64,000 nt of DNA, from assembly GCF_030265065.1 (NCBI RefSeq), contig NC_080406.1, positions 15,913,094 to 15,977,093 on the forward strand, in the 5' to 3' direction. The stretch is from Corythoichthys intestinalis (lineage: Eukaryota). Position 1 is the stretch's first letter. Each line of letters starts with the position of its first letter. Shown in pieces: positions 34,966 to 48,343 of the stretch. The translations under genes and the position numbers were made by a program. A model generated the notes under the pieces. The model searched no databases and had not been told where the DNA came from. It was given only the letters and a program-made list of their open reading frames with translations.

Positions 34966-36589
34966 ACTAGATTGGCACGGTGGCATTAACCCATGTATTT
35001 TGGGGTACTACAACTACCTGAAAAAATGGGGATTCATTTGGGGTTGTGTTGGGTTCTTGGCAGTGATGGTGAGATGACGCCTCGTAAGGCATTGAACCAC
35101 TCGAGCCAATGGACTTATCTCAAAGCCTCGTCCCCTTGGAAATCAAGGTTGTGAATGAACGATTTATGGATGGTAGCGGCAGCTTTCTGAATTTGCACTA
35201 CCACAACTAGAAATTAACCTGTTTTTATTTTATTTTTTTAATGAATTTCATCTAGAAGCTAACAGAGAGGGTTGCAGTATGCAGTGGAGCGGTATGTCAA
35301 TGGTATTAAACTTTACAGAGAAGAGACCATTATTATAATCGAGGCGAAATGCTACTGCTCGCAACTTAAAAATGAGAACCCCCACAGGCAAAATATCTAT
35401 CTAGCTTTAACGTTATGTCATGTGTTCTGTCAGATTTTTCTCCCAAAGCTTTTGTGACGATGAATAAAAGATCTTTTAGATTCACTCGGATTCTCAATAT
35501 TATCCAGTGGTGCTAAATAAACAACTTATACAATAAACATACATTTGCAACATCGATACGGCGTAAATAAATGCTTAAGACAAACTTGAGAGGGCGGCGT
35601 GCAGTCCAGTTGACGGCAGCCACATGCTAGTATGTGTATGAGGAGACCTTTCCTTTGTGTGCGTCCGTGACCAAACATAAGAACGTGTTCCTTTCTTGAT
35701 AGAAACTTAGCGATGTTTACTTTATAGTTTAGACTTTCAGTGCTGGGGTCTTGACATCATCTTAGATTAGTTATATTTTATTGTATTTGTATATTGACAG
35801 TGTAGTAAACAAATAGGAAGTCAAACTAACGTTAATAGTTAAGTCTCGGATCAAATATTATTTATTTTACAAATTGATCATTAAATTGCCTTTGAGGAAG
35901 CATAAATGTCCTTGGGTGACTGTATTGACATTCACTTGTTTATGTGGTCGATGACAGAGCCTTATCCATAGCTTGCATTTGGCGAGCTTGCTTTTAGGCT
36001 TTGAAAAAGGCACCAAAAAATTCCTCCCCCGAATCTCTCAGGGTACCTGGTGTCGGATTTGCAGGTACCCCATGCACAGCGTTAAAACAGCGGGGTTTTC
36101 CCAGTTTTAAATTTAGAAAAAAGATGTTTTAAGTCACAAACACATAGAACATTCCTACGCAAGTCTACGGCTGGTGTCCGAATTTCCTGGTTTAGTGGCG
36201 TGGCTTTGCAATAGGTCCATTGGTTGAGAAAGGGCTTATTTCTTGAGGCTTCATATGTGCACAGTACCACCTACTGGCTATTTGTATAAACACAGTTGTT
36301 TCAACCACATGTGATCCATTGATTTTTTGTGTGTTTGTTGGCAAGGAATAAAAGCAGCACTAGGTAACTTTTTAACCTTCATAAAATACTAGTATTTTCA
36401 TAACATTTGTGATGATACGTCAACTGACAACTCGACACCTCTGTTATATCTTAAGGGAGTCTGTATCACTTTCACCAGCACTAATCAACTTTGAGGAGGG
36501 TGGCAGGATCCCTGCATACAAAAAAACTACAAATGTGCTGATTGCTTTACGCCATAAGTTACTTCCCCCTTTCCACATTCATTATAAAG

Positions 36590-37040
36590 ATGAAACTCGA
36601 TGAGAACGCTTTCGCGCGAATTCTGCAAAGATGGCAGAGCAACAAAAGGGACAAAAAGTTTTTTCCTTAGAGGAAAAAAAGGGAATCTACCAGGATACTC
36701 AAGTATAAACATTGGCCCGGCTATCACTCTCAAACTGAACTCGTCAACACTGACGAGTTCGGGTGTAGTGGGGGGGTTAGCCACACTAAGCCACACGGTT
36801 GCTTATTACGGTCCTTATTGCTATTCATCCTTCACACAGCCGCTGGAAAGAGAAATGTCATTCAATCCATCTGCAGGCGACGGGATCATGGTTTCACAAC
36901 ATTGTGCGGGTGTGCGCTAGACCTCATGGGAAACGCAGTCTTCCTTAAGGCAAAACACTACCGCTTTTGTCCACCGGCGTAGCTGAAATCGACCAAAACT
37001 GAAGTTACCTAGTGTTGCTTTATTTTACTAAATCTTTTCC
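36590..37040 (+). repeat. Interspersed repeat, family R4. An inverted copy lies at 43870-44110, and end fragments '..gaaaagttacctagtgttgc' lie at 41550-41600 and 44335-44390.
   Basis: Shared 'tgcaaagatggcag.gcaacaa..' and 'gtcaacactgacgagttcgggt'. The ORFs 36600-36920(+) and 43883-44104(-) share 'CKDG.AT'. Confidence 0.5.
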
Positions 37041-38479
37041 AACCAAATCATCTGTGTTCATAGGTTATCACATATGTATGCAATAAAACAATAATGATAT
37101 AGTGTGTTTGTGTGAAATTTATCATAATTATCATAATATGACAGATTTGCAATGACAGGACAGTAAACGTGCTTGTGTAACTTGGACATTGATGGCGCTA
37201 CAGGATAGGGATGATTTTCATTTCAGTTTTATTCAAAAACAAAGTTTTTCCACACAGGGGAAGTCCTCTTTCTTGCTGGCTCCATTCTATCAATTACTGT
37301 ACTTCTCCTCACTCCTAAATCTTTCACTCTTCCCAACTCTCCAAGCAATCTAAACTCTCACTTGATCACAACTCTGCTTCGAACACCCACGTTTTGAATG
37401 TAGCCTTAGGAGTTTATAATATAAACCTGATATAAATACAGTATGAGTAAATGAGGCGAGTCTCGGTAGACACTTCATGGAAACAAAATGCTAAAATAAC
37501 ACTTTTGGACCAGGGATAGCCGGGAAACGTTCCAAATATCCTGAAAAGGTGTACTACCCCTGAAAATTATATACAGTACGGTACTGTATTTGAAGGAAAA
37601 AAGGACTGTCCTCTGGCAGGTTTGATGTGCAGTATTAGTACCATTTGTACCTTATGTGTTGACTGAAAACAAATTTTGCTCAAATTTTTGAAAGAACATT
37701 CAGATACACGTTTTTTAAATCAATGTTGATATTAATTCAGGCATTTTAGAAATAATATTGACCGTTTATGGGCCCCATCACTGTTTTACACTCTTTGTAA
37801 CTTATACTGTAGCTTTTGAACGACAACACTCATACTATTGATTATTACCACTAGGTGGTACTGCTGTGTTATGTACTGATGTCGAATAGGCCACGGTAAA
37901 TAAATTTATTGAGGGTTGTATTAACCGTGTAAAAAACAAGTTACTTTGTTTGGTTTAAAAAAAAAAAAAAAAAAAAAAAACTCATAAAGACGTCGCGTCC
38001 ATTTTGGGTCGTGAGGGCTACAATATTAACATTTGCTATAGAAGTTTGGGCTGCGTTTAGAAAAATGTGAGGTCCAACATTGTATATATTTAACCTGTCC
38101 TGCTGTTTAGACGTAGAGAATGGTAAATCTGAGTGTCCTAACGGCTGAAACAGTTTTCAAGTGCTACGTGGGAGTTAAGTTAAAACAAATTTCATACAAT
38201 AATATAAATTATATGAAATATTTTCAGACAAAAGCATAGACTTCATAATATATTGACGAGGCGTGGAGCCGATTAATAGGGGGCCTATCCCCGTCAAAGT
38301 TGACCGAGTGGAAACAACAAACAGCTTTTTATGTTGCTTGAATCCCTGAATTCTTTACAGATATGGACGTAAAACAGTCTCGATTCTTGGTTAAAAGCAA
38401 AACAAAACAAAAAAACAGGCAGTTAGCATTTATTTTACGTAAATATGTCGAATTTGCTGCTTGTCTTTAAGCCTCTGTG

Positions 38480-39175
38480 GCGGCGCCTTATCAACACAAA
38501 GAGCTTTTTACTGTATTGGCCCGAATGTAAGACGGTGTTTTTTGCATTGAAATAAGACTGAAAAAGAGGGGGTCGTCTTATATTCGCGGTCTAGACATTA
38601 TACCCATTCACGGCGCTAGATGGCGCCAGATATCATTGAAGTGATGTTCTGTCATGACAGATCTCAGCTACTTTCCCCATTCACGACGCTAGATGGCGCT
38701 AGATATCATTGAAGTGATGTTCTGTCATGACAGATCTCAGCTTCTCTCAAGTTTAACCAGTTTGCAATTTTTTATTGCAATGTTTTTCCTTATTCAGATT
38801 TGTCTCAAGACTACAGTTACAGTTAGACTTCACTTTGATGGTTAATGCAGTTATTGCCATTTTGCTGTTTTATCACAATAGATTGGTTTATTTACATTTC
38901 AAAAACCAGAAGCCATTCATTAACGAATGTGATTGCACTTTAGTTTACATATTTAAATGTTCAGATGTTAAGATTTGAATGAGGCAAAATAACATGCTTT
39001 TTCTCTCAAATATATTGTTATAATCATTTGTGTCGGATGTACTGTAATTATTTTCTGAATAAAAATTAATTTGGGGTTCAAAAAGTCTTTTTTCAAACTT
39101 GAGTCTTGAAAAAGAGGGGGTCGTCTTATAATCAGGGCCGTCTTACATTCGGGCCAATAAGGTACTTTGAAAATT
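38480..39175. mobile_element. MITE with inverted termini ('..cccgaatgtaagacgg..gaaaaagagggggtcgtcttata') and an internal 73-bp tandem duplication at 38606-38748.
   Basis: 38495-38600 is inverted relative to 39100-39180. The units 'cattcacggcgctagatggcgccagatatcattgaagtgatgttctgtcatgacagatctcagct' repeat twice. Confidence 0.55.
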
Positions 39176-39624
39176 CTTGAAAATCCCTAGATTCTTTATA
39201 GATATGGATGTAAAATAGTCTTGATTCTTGGTTAAAAGCAAAAAAACGGGCGGTTAGCATTTATTTTATGTAAATATTGCGAATTACGGCGCCAATGCCG
39301 TAGCGGTTAATTTTTCCCATTGATTTTTTTTTTTCACGTTTCAAATGCATGCATGGTACGAAAAATATAAGAATTACTTTGAATCCACGAACAAATTACT
39401 CCTGAGACAATCCTTCCTGTTTGTATACGGTACAACTTTTGTACTTTTTCAACCTAAATCCGGTGTTGCATTGCTGCGTGTGTTTAAGAATAACTTCGAC
39501 CGACTGAAGCGGAGTGTTGGACAGCCCCCTACTTGAAGCCATGGCACAGTGTCTCGGGAATGTGTCCCGTCAATGTCGTTATGAAGTCTATGATAAAAGA
39601 ATAAAATAAATAATGGAAGGCATC

Positions 39625-39770
39625 GTGATAAGAGTGGTTAGCATATCTGCCTCACAGTTCTGAGATCACTGGTTAAAGCCTTGCCTTCGGCCTTATTGTG
39701 TGGAGTTTGCAAGTTCTACTCGTACCAGCTTGGAATTGGGTACTCTGGTTTCCTCCCACATCTCAAAAAC
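39625..39770 (+). mobile_element. tRNA-derived teleost SINE fragment.
   Basis: A tRNA-like head 'gtggttagcatatctgcctcacagttctgag' is followed by the conserved teleost SINE core 'tgtgtggagtttgcaagttct..ggtttcctcccacatctcaaaaaca'. Confidence 0.6.
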
Positions 39771-40969
39771 ATTTATTGTAGGCTCAAGATACGTATAAAA
39801 GAGGTCTCGTTCAACTAGTTGTCAGTTGACGTATCACAAACGGGCGCTACCAGGGTGGGGCAGGACATGCTCTGCCCACCCAAAGAAAACTGGATGTAAT
39901 ACTGTTGAGAGAAAAGGTGGAGGAAATGTTTTGTATTCATAAATGTGTCCTCAGTTGATGTGGAAATAATGCTCCTATTGCTTGTTATTATTGACATATT
40001 AACTTTTCGCCACAAGATGGCAGGATGGGACTTAATTGTCTAAAGTGCTACATTTATTATTTCTTTGTGTTTGACTTTGATGACTTTAATTTGTGGGATT
40101 GCCTGTGAAGACAGCAATGAGAGAGGATGTATCCGCATGTCAATGGATATTAAACATGCCAAGTTTTGGCTAATAGACAATTTATTCTCCATCAGTTCAT
40201 CCTACGAATGCAACGTTGAGCTACAACCACCTCAACAAATACTAACAGCAGTCTGGGCACCGCGTATGGTATCCCATTCATATAGTACTGATGTGTTCCA
40301 AGTTTTAACCTTTGCCTTGTTACCTCCTCTTTCACCTTAAAAAAAATGAAATGTTGATTTTGTTCCTTGGGGGCGCTACACACATTTAAGCATATTTTGA
40401 TGGGGTTTTTTTTGTTTTTTTTTTAACATTTTATCAAAGTTTTCACCAGTGTTCACCTGGCTGTTGAGTTTGGTTAGTTTCGAAGCATTCTCAGGGGGTC
40501 AAAGTAGGGGTCAAAGCGTCGGCAGGAGAAAGAATGACTGCTAGGGGGTGCTACATATCAAAGACTGCACCTGGCTTGACCTGCCTGCCGATTTTTGTGC
40601 ATTTTGAAGCATTCTAAGGGGGTCAAATTGAGCTCAAAGGGGCTCCGGAACAAAGAATACCTATAATAATAAAACCGAGGAAACACAATAGGTTACCTAA
40701 AAAAAACATTGTCACCTGCATGTCCATACTGTTCAGTTATGGATGTGTTCTAAGTCAAATAAAATCAAATCAACTTTTATTTGTTTAGACCAAATCACAA
40801 CAACAGTTATCTCAAGGAGAAAACAACATGTTTTAAGGTGCAGTAGTCTACTTGAGCATTGTTAGTTTGTTTTTGTTTTTTTGCCTTTTGACTTTTTTAA
40901 ATCATAAGGAAATGAATAAGTAGCCAAACATAAATGAACAAGTATAAGTCCAAAGTGCACATTAACAGC

Positions 40970-41003
<34 letters not shown>

Positions 41004-41899
41004 GGTGTTCGAAAAAACATGCACATTTGAACCAATCAGAGCTAACTATCTCTGCTGATCACATGTCAGTATGTCAGCCAGTTGAATGGATAAATAAGTC
41101 TAGGCGTTTTGCTTTGCTGCGTGCATTGGCGTGACTCATCATCGTCAGCATCATATAACTGCAGCAGCTGTGGCAACCTTCATGCCGTCCGTGGAATAAA
41201 ATAAATAATAAATATAGGTGGAAACGGATTACGCTACACAAGCACTTTATTATGCTTGTTGTTAACACTTGTGTATGTAAATCTGATGTTGGTAGATTGT
41301 TTTCTTCTTGGAGATGAAATGCATGTGTGGCAGCTTAGCATTTCTTTTTTTTTTTTTTTTTTTTTTTAACATAGCGTTTTGACAGTTGCCGCCATATTTT
41401 TGGAATCAAAGCACTGTGTACTAGAACAGCATTCTGGCCCTGAATCTTATACCGGAACTGCGTTCCTGACCGTCCTGGGCCATTTCACCCCTGCCTTCCA
41501 CACCTGGCATCCTGGTAACATCACTAATCACAAATATTATAAATATATTTTATAAAGGTTGAAAAGTTACCTAGTGTTGCTTTAAATCACTAAAAATGAC
41601 AAATGCAGTGCATAAATTCCCTAATTTACGGAAGAGCATTAGAACCACTGAAAATGAAAAAAAAAACGGTGTCCTAAATTTAAGAATAAAATCAGTAAAG
41701 TCAGAATCTTGGCCAGCTTTCTATCCCTTTAGTGTCCTCTTCCCTACTAATGCACCTATAATTAGGTGGCCTTTATGTATGAATATACTGTATACTCCTT
41801 CATTAATGGGTGCGCTTTATAATCCAGTTTATAGTCCAAAAGAATAAAAATAATAAGAATAGTATTAACCACATTCTTTTTTTTCACTGTCCAAAAATA

Positions 41900-42341
<442 letters not shown>

Positions 42342-44008
42342 TGACATATTTTATTGCCAGTTTGGAATGAGGGAAAGGTCTCGAATGCGAACATACTGCG
42401 CTGTTTCAGCCATTTCCTCATGTCAGCCGCCTCGTCCGTTAGCTAATGAGCAATAGCAGCCGCCATAGTTAACTACAAGCAGACAATGAAGTGAATGAAA
42501 CGTGTTTCTTAAAAAACGCGGATACTTTTACTGTCGCTGTCTTTTTTATAGACCTGGGTTAGTACTGGCGAGATTATTTGGAGCGAGACCTACATATAAT
42601 CTATTTATCTAAAATAACTCTTAAGCCACTCAGTAATACTGCTCTAACGTTAATATCCGTGTCTGCAAAAAATGTCGATGCTTCCGAGGTAATATGAAAA
42701 GTATACTCATAAAGTTCACAAATTAGAAGGGCATAGTCATGCAGCATTTGAACATTAGAATTAATCCGGTTCATCAGGTTTATGAAGAGATACAATAACG
42801 AAGCCTTAAACAAATAAACAACCACTTTTGGCATTCCTTTCACTCCACACCACAACCATTGTTTCAAGTACTGTAGTCACGATACAAAAACTTTCAACTC
42901 AATACTGATACTCGCTCGTTCCGATACAATTCTTGATATTACATAAATATATAAACTCCACATTACATTTTATTTTTAAATGAACTGTTTCAGTGCCATT
43001 GGAAATTAAAGACGTTCAATTACATGGGTCTTAAAAACTGTCCAAAAAAAAACTCTCTTTTTAAAGCAACACACCGGTGGACAAAAGCTGTAGTGTTTTG
43101 CTTTAAGCAAGACTGGGTTTCCCATGAGGACTAGCGCACACCCGAACAGTGTCGTAAAATCATCAATGAATCAAAAATCAATCTCCCGGTCGCCTGCAGA
43201 TGAATTAAACAACACTTTTGTTTCCAGCGGCTGAATAGTAAAATGAATAGTAGTGCTGCAAAGATTAACCGATTAACTCGAGTAATTCAATTAGAAAAAA
43301 AGAAGTATTCATTAAATTAAAGTGGTGTTGTAATGGTTTGTTTTAAAAGTGTTTGCATCTACTGTTATTGATTAGGATACAATGCCCTCTAGTGGCAATA
43401 GTGAATATGACAGTCATTTCACGTGGCTGAATCGAGCTGCTCCCTTTTAAGACCAACATAAACTAAGCTTTTGTTTGAGCTAATGTTTTTTTTAATGCAT
43501 TCATAATCTAGTTTATCGGTATATTTAGCCATTTTTTGTGGGAATATGTGTTTGAACCATTTGTTAAGAGCATTGAAAAAAAAAAAAATCGCATATTATA
43601 GCATTTAAGTTTAGCGGAGTTTTGCTACGTAAGTTAGCCAATTGTTGTTTTGTTGGACTTAGATCTTTATTTATTCTTTTTTTTTTTATACCGTTTGAGG
43701 CTCAGATCAGGTAATATAATTTTGCAATGTTCCTTATCAGATTACTCGATGACTCGAACTTACTAGTTCATCGATTAATCGACTACTAAAATAATCGATA
43801 GCTGCAGCCCTAATCAATAGTAATAAGGTAATGAATCCAGTTGTGGCTAAACAATAGCATCTGACGGTTAGCGGCCGTTTGGCTAAATCCCCCAACCCGA
43901 ACTCGTCAGTGCTGACGAAATCAGTTGGGGTGGGAGGTCACGCCAGCGAGTGAAAGCCGGGCCAATGCTTATTCTGTATATCCTGGTAGCCTCTCTCTTT
44001 TTTTTCTT

Positions 44009-44036
44009 CCCCCCCCCCCCCCCCCCCCCCCCCCCC
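44009..44036. repeat. Poly-C tract of 28 nt.
   Basis: Homopolymer run inside the R4 repeat copy. Confidence 0.9.
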
Positions 44037-44889
44037 ACCTCAGACAACTTTTTGTATCTTGTTGCACTGCCATCTTTGCAGCATGCTTGCAAAAACGTTC
44101 GCATCGACTTCCGTCTTTTTAATGAATGAAGAAATTGGGAAGTATAAAGCAGTCAGCGCATTTGTAATTTATTTTGTGTGGCAGGATTCCTGCCACCCTT
44201 TTCATAGTTAGTTACAGACCCCTCAAGATACCCATTGGCAGTGTATCAAATACTTGTTCTCCCCACTGTAAAAGAGGTGTCATTCAACTAGTTGTTAATC
44301 GACATATTATCTCAAATGTTATGAAAATATTATATAAAGGTTGAAAAGTTACCTGGTGTTGCGTTAAATTCGTTTATCACTATCACTAATCCAATCCATT
44401 TAACGTGGGAAGGCTGTCATCCTTTCTACTTCAAATGGATTGGATTTCTAGCTGTGTCAAATATCCAAAATTCAATTTATCCAATGACCGTCACCAAATT
44501 TTTGGTGACCTTTGGTCATGCAAAAACAAATATCATATATGGATCCAGTATTGCAACATTTAAAAAAAAATAATAATAACAATAATAAAAACACAAAGTA
44601 AATATTGTCTTTGTAATTCATGAAAATTAGATACTTGGAGACATCTGATTTGGAAAACAATCATTCACTCGCATACTTCCATAATATTCCTAGTCTAAAC
44701 ATTTCTCAGGACATAATTGTTTCCAACTAAAATGTAAAGCCCAGAACAATATATGTGAAAATATAATGAACTAAACAATGAGGAAAAATATTCCATGAAT
44801 TAATGGTTTGTTCTATCCCTGAAAGGTGGTGTTGATGGCATGGTTCGATTTGAGTCCCTTTCTGTCCATGTCATTCTGCAAATAAGTGA

Positions 44890-45123
<234 letters not shown>

Positions 45124-46126
45124 TGACAAGGAAACCAACTTAGTATTTAGCTGTGGCTGGCTTGCCATTAAGTGAAATGTGCAACGTACTGACAGATTGA
45201 GCTCAGGATGATCCCTTCAAGAAGGATCATTCTAATATGATGACCAGCCCAGCAGACCGCCATAGCCACTTTCTATTTAGTCTAGGGCTGCCACAAGTTA
45301 TAATTTTGATTAGTCCGCGATAACACTGTGCTAATGATTTTAGCTGGAAATGAGCACTGAAACTCATAATAATGTGCTGAGAAAACTTGACTGTTAATAA
45401 TATTATATAACTGTAACTGTATAATTGTTTTCTAAAGCTATTCTCTCTCTATTAAATCCTCTCTCAAAATTGAGGTACTTTTTTGCATTTACTCTTCATC
45501 TTTGTTGCCTTTTCGTCACTGCTGTCAAACGGCAGGATTATGTTCTGTGCTCCGCTGCCTTTCTTGGTGAAATGAGATTAGTAGGTCACCATGACGCAAA
45601 AGCTGATGTCATCATGACACACTGTGCGCAGACCTTTTATTTCTAATAACTGGCCTTTCTCTGCTTTTTTGCACTAACAAGCTAGCTTCAAATTGAGGAT
45701 TTGTTATTTCCTGTCTGCTGAAAATTTGTACCAGACAGCCAGCTTGCATAGCCTAGGTTTATACATGACTCATTCTGGGTTTTTTTTTTCCTCCGTCTTT
45801 GTGCACGCTCTCTCACTCGTAACGGCATTTTTAATAACCATTTGCGACAGGAGGGCGGTGTTGCAGTCTGGGTGAAAAGTTCATACGTTGCCTGGAGATT
45901 TCCACCGTCATTACTTTACTCACACATTGGAAATAGAAAAGTTAGGCTTTGCGAGTATTTAATGGTATCAAAATTCATTGTTTAACAATTTAAAGAAGTC
46001 TGCATTTTATATTTTCTTTAGGCGCAACAACAAAGGTCGATAGTTTGCCGAGGCCCTCACTCTTGTTGCATCTTGTTCAAACATGTGTTTCTATGTTTAA
46101 CTGTGTGCTGGTCTGTTATCTCTCAG

Positions 46127-46218
46127 GACTATGTGGGCGAGACGCCCATCCACAAGGCTGCACGTGCGGGCAGTCTGGAATGCATCAACGCTCTGTTGGT
46201 GCAGGGAGCAAAAGCTGA
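46127..46218 (+). CDS. ankrd10: ANKRD10 exon 3 ('[30 protein letters not shown]').
   Basis: 'tctctcag' acceptor and 'gctga|gtaagt' donor. Matches human '[30 protein letters not shown]'. Confidence 0.9.
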
Positions 46219-46411
46219 GTAAGTCCTGTGGTCAATGTTGTGAGCTCATCTTATTTTCCCCCCTCTCTTATTCTCCAACTCTGGTGTGACACACTTGCAA
46301 GGGCCCGCCATCAAAATGTGAATCGGTACAGAAAAGACTTGAACAAGGCGGATATTTTTATGGATTTTAATATTTAATGCCGTTGCAGAATCACTGGATG
46401 TACTGAACTTA

Positions 46412-47673
46412 AGGGTGTAACGGTACATGTATTCGTATTGAACCGTTTCGGTACTTGGTGGTCGGTTCGGAACGGAGGCGTACCGAACGAGTTTCTGACG
46501 TAATGTAACCCTTACTTTTCGAGGCTGCGAGTCAATCGGGTTACAGTTTCTTTGTGTAGATTATATTCACTCCGTGTTCGCTACTATAATGAGGACCAAC
46601 ACGGTAGGACAGTAAGAAACGTCAACGGCGCGACAACGTGGCCGCCGCGAGAAAGTAGTGAAACACGGGCGTTAAAGTCAATCAGCCAATGCACACCAGT
46701 CGCAGTGCGGCCGCGTGTTAGAGGCGTCCCAGAAGCGGCTCAACACGACGCACGCAAAAAGAACGGCAGAGTTAATTATTTGACGCGAGACGCGACCCTC
46801 CTGCGTCAATACTACTAGCTAGCAGACCGGAAGTCACTTGTGTAAAAATATGGTGGATCCGGTCGTTTTTCAAACTAATATGCAATCGTAACTTACTTTT
46901 TGAGTCCATCAGATCTCTTTGGTGGTAAATCGGGGCACAGTTGACTTGTCTTTGTTGATTTACAGTTGTCTTCTCTGCTATAATAATAACCAACACGGCC
47001 CCGTGTTCAATACAAAGCCCTCCTACCACAACAAAACAAGTAGGAACTAATATTCACATAGGAACTAAAGTTATACCATATAAAATATACAATATAAATG
47101 AATACTACATCACATTTGTAAAATACAAACATAAATAAATAATATCCCATTTAAATAAAATAAATTGAAAATGAGATAAAACACCTGTAATTAAATAATA
47201 AGAATACTAGACAGATCCTGCTTACACAATTAAATTTATTAATTTCTGTGTGGCGCTTTAACCTGAAAAAAATCCACCAATAAAGCTTTTGAAAACCATT
47301 CATAAGAAAAAAAAATCATTGAGGCATTTAATTTGTAAAATACATGGTAAAATCTTTGTCATTGGATTGCTTCTCTCTTTAGCACAGGACGTCTTTTTTC
47401 TTCTTTCTTTCTGAAAGAAAGCTGACCAATACGCGGGGTCTGAAAGGCAAGTTGTTGTTGGATTATTATCTTTAAATACTCACTACTTTTGAGCAGAATT
47501 CTAGCTTTGTATAGGCTACTGTTCCTATTGTTGAAAGCACAAAAATGTGTAATAAACAACTAGCACATTTATATTTTGCATTTTGTTTTCTTACTGTACC
47601 GAAAATGAACCGAACCGTGACCTCAAAACCGAGTTACGTACCAAACCGAGATTTTTGTGTTCCGTTACACCCC
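46412..47673 (-). mobile_element. Second, inverted copy of the 'TAGGGGTGTAACGGTAC' hAT-type MITE, in ANKRD10 intron 3, with an 8-bp target-site duplication 'ACTGAACT'.
   Basis: Reverse-complement match to 7783-8956. 'actgaact' occurs at 46402-46409 and again immediately after 'ccgttacaccccta' at 47676-47683. Confidence 0.7.
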
Positions 47674-47715
47674 TAACTGAACTATAAAACTAAACACACA
47701 TAATAATGAAATAAC

Positions 47716-48343
47716 TAGGGCTGTCAAACGATTAAAATTTTTAATTGAGTTAATCACAGCTTAAAAATTCTCGTAATTAATCGCAATTCAAACCATCTAT
47801 AAAATATGCCATATTTTTCTGTAAATTATTGTTGGAATGGAAAGATAAGACACAAGATGGATATATACATGCAGCATACTGTACATAAGTACTGTATTTG
47901 TTTATTATAACAATAAATCCACAAGATGGCATTAACATTATTCACAATCTTTCTGTTAAAGTGATCCATGGATAGAAAGACTTGTAGTTCTTAAAGGATA
48001 AATGTTAGTACAAGTTATAGAAATTTTATATTAAAACCCCTATTAATGTTTTCGATTTAATAACATTTGTAAAATTTTCAATCAAAAAATAACTAGTAGC
48101 TCGCCATTGTTGAGGTAAATAATTACACAATGCTCACGGATGGTGCTGAAACCCATAAAATCAGTCGCACACAAGCGCCAGCAGAGGGCGACAAAACACA
48201 AAAACACAAGTAACAAATGGACACGACACTGTCATTTTAATCTGTTTGAGCGGGGCATGTGCGTTAATTGTGTCAAATATTTTAACGTGATAAATTTAAG
48301 AAATTAATTACCACCCGTTAACGCGATAATTTTGACAGCCCTA
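47716..48343 (+). mobile_element. hAT-type MITE with a 'TAGGGCTGTCAAACGATTAAAATTTTTAAT' terminus, about 630 bp, with an 8-bp target-site duplication ('GAAATAAC' and 'GAAATGAC', one mismatch).
   Basis: Terminal inverted repeats at 47716-47765 and 48255-48343, with a flanking 8-mer at 47708-47715 and 48344-48351. Confidence 0.7.
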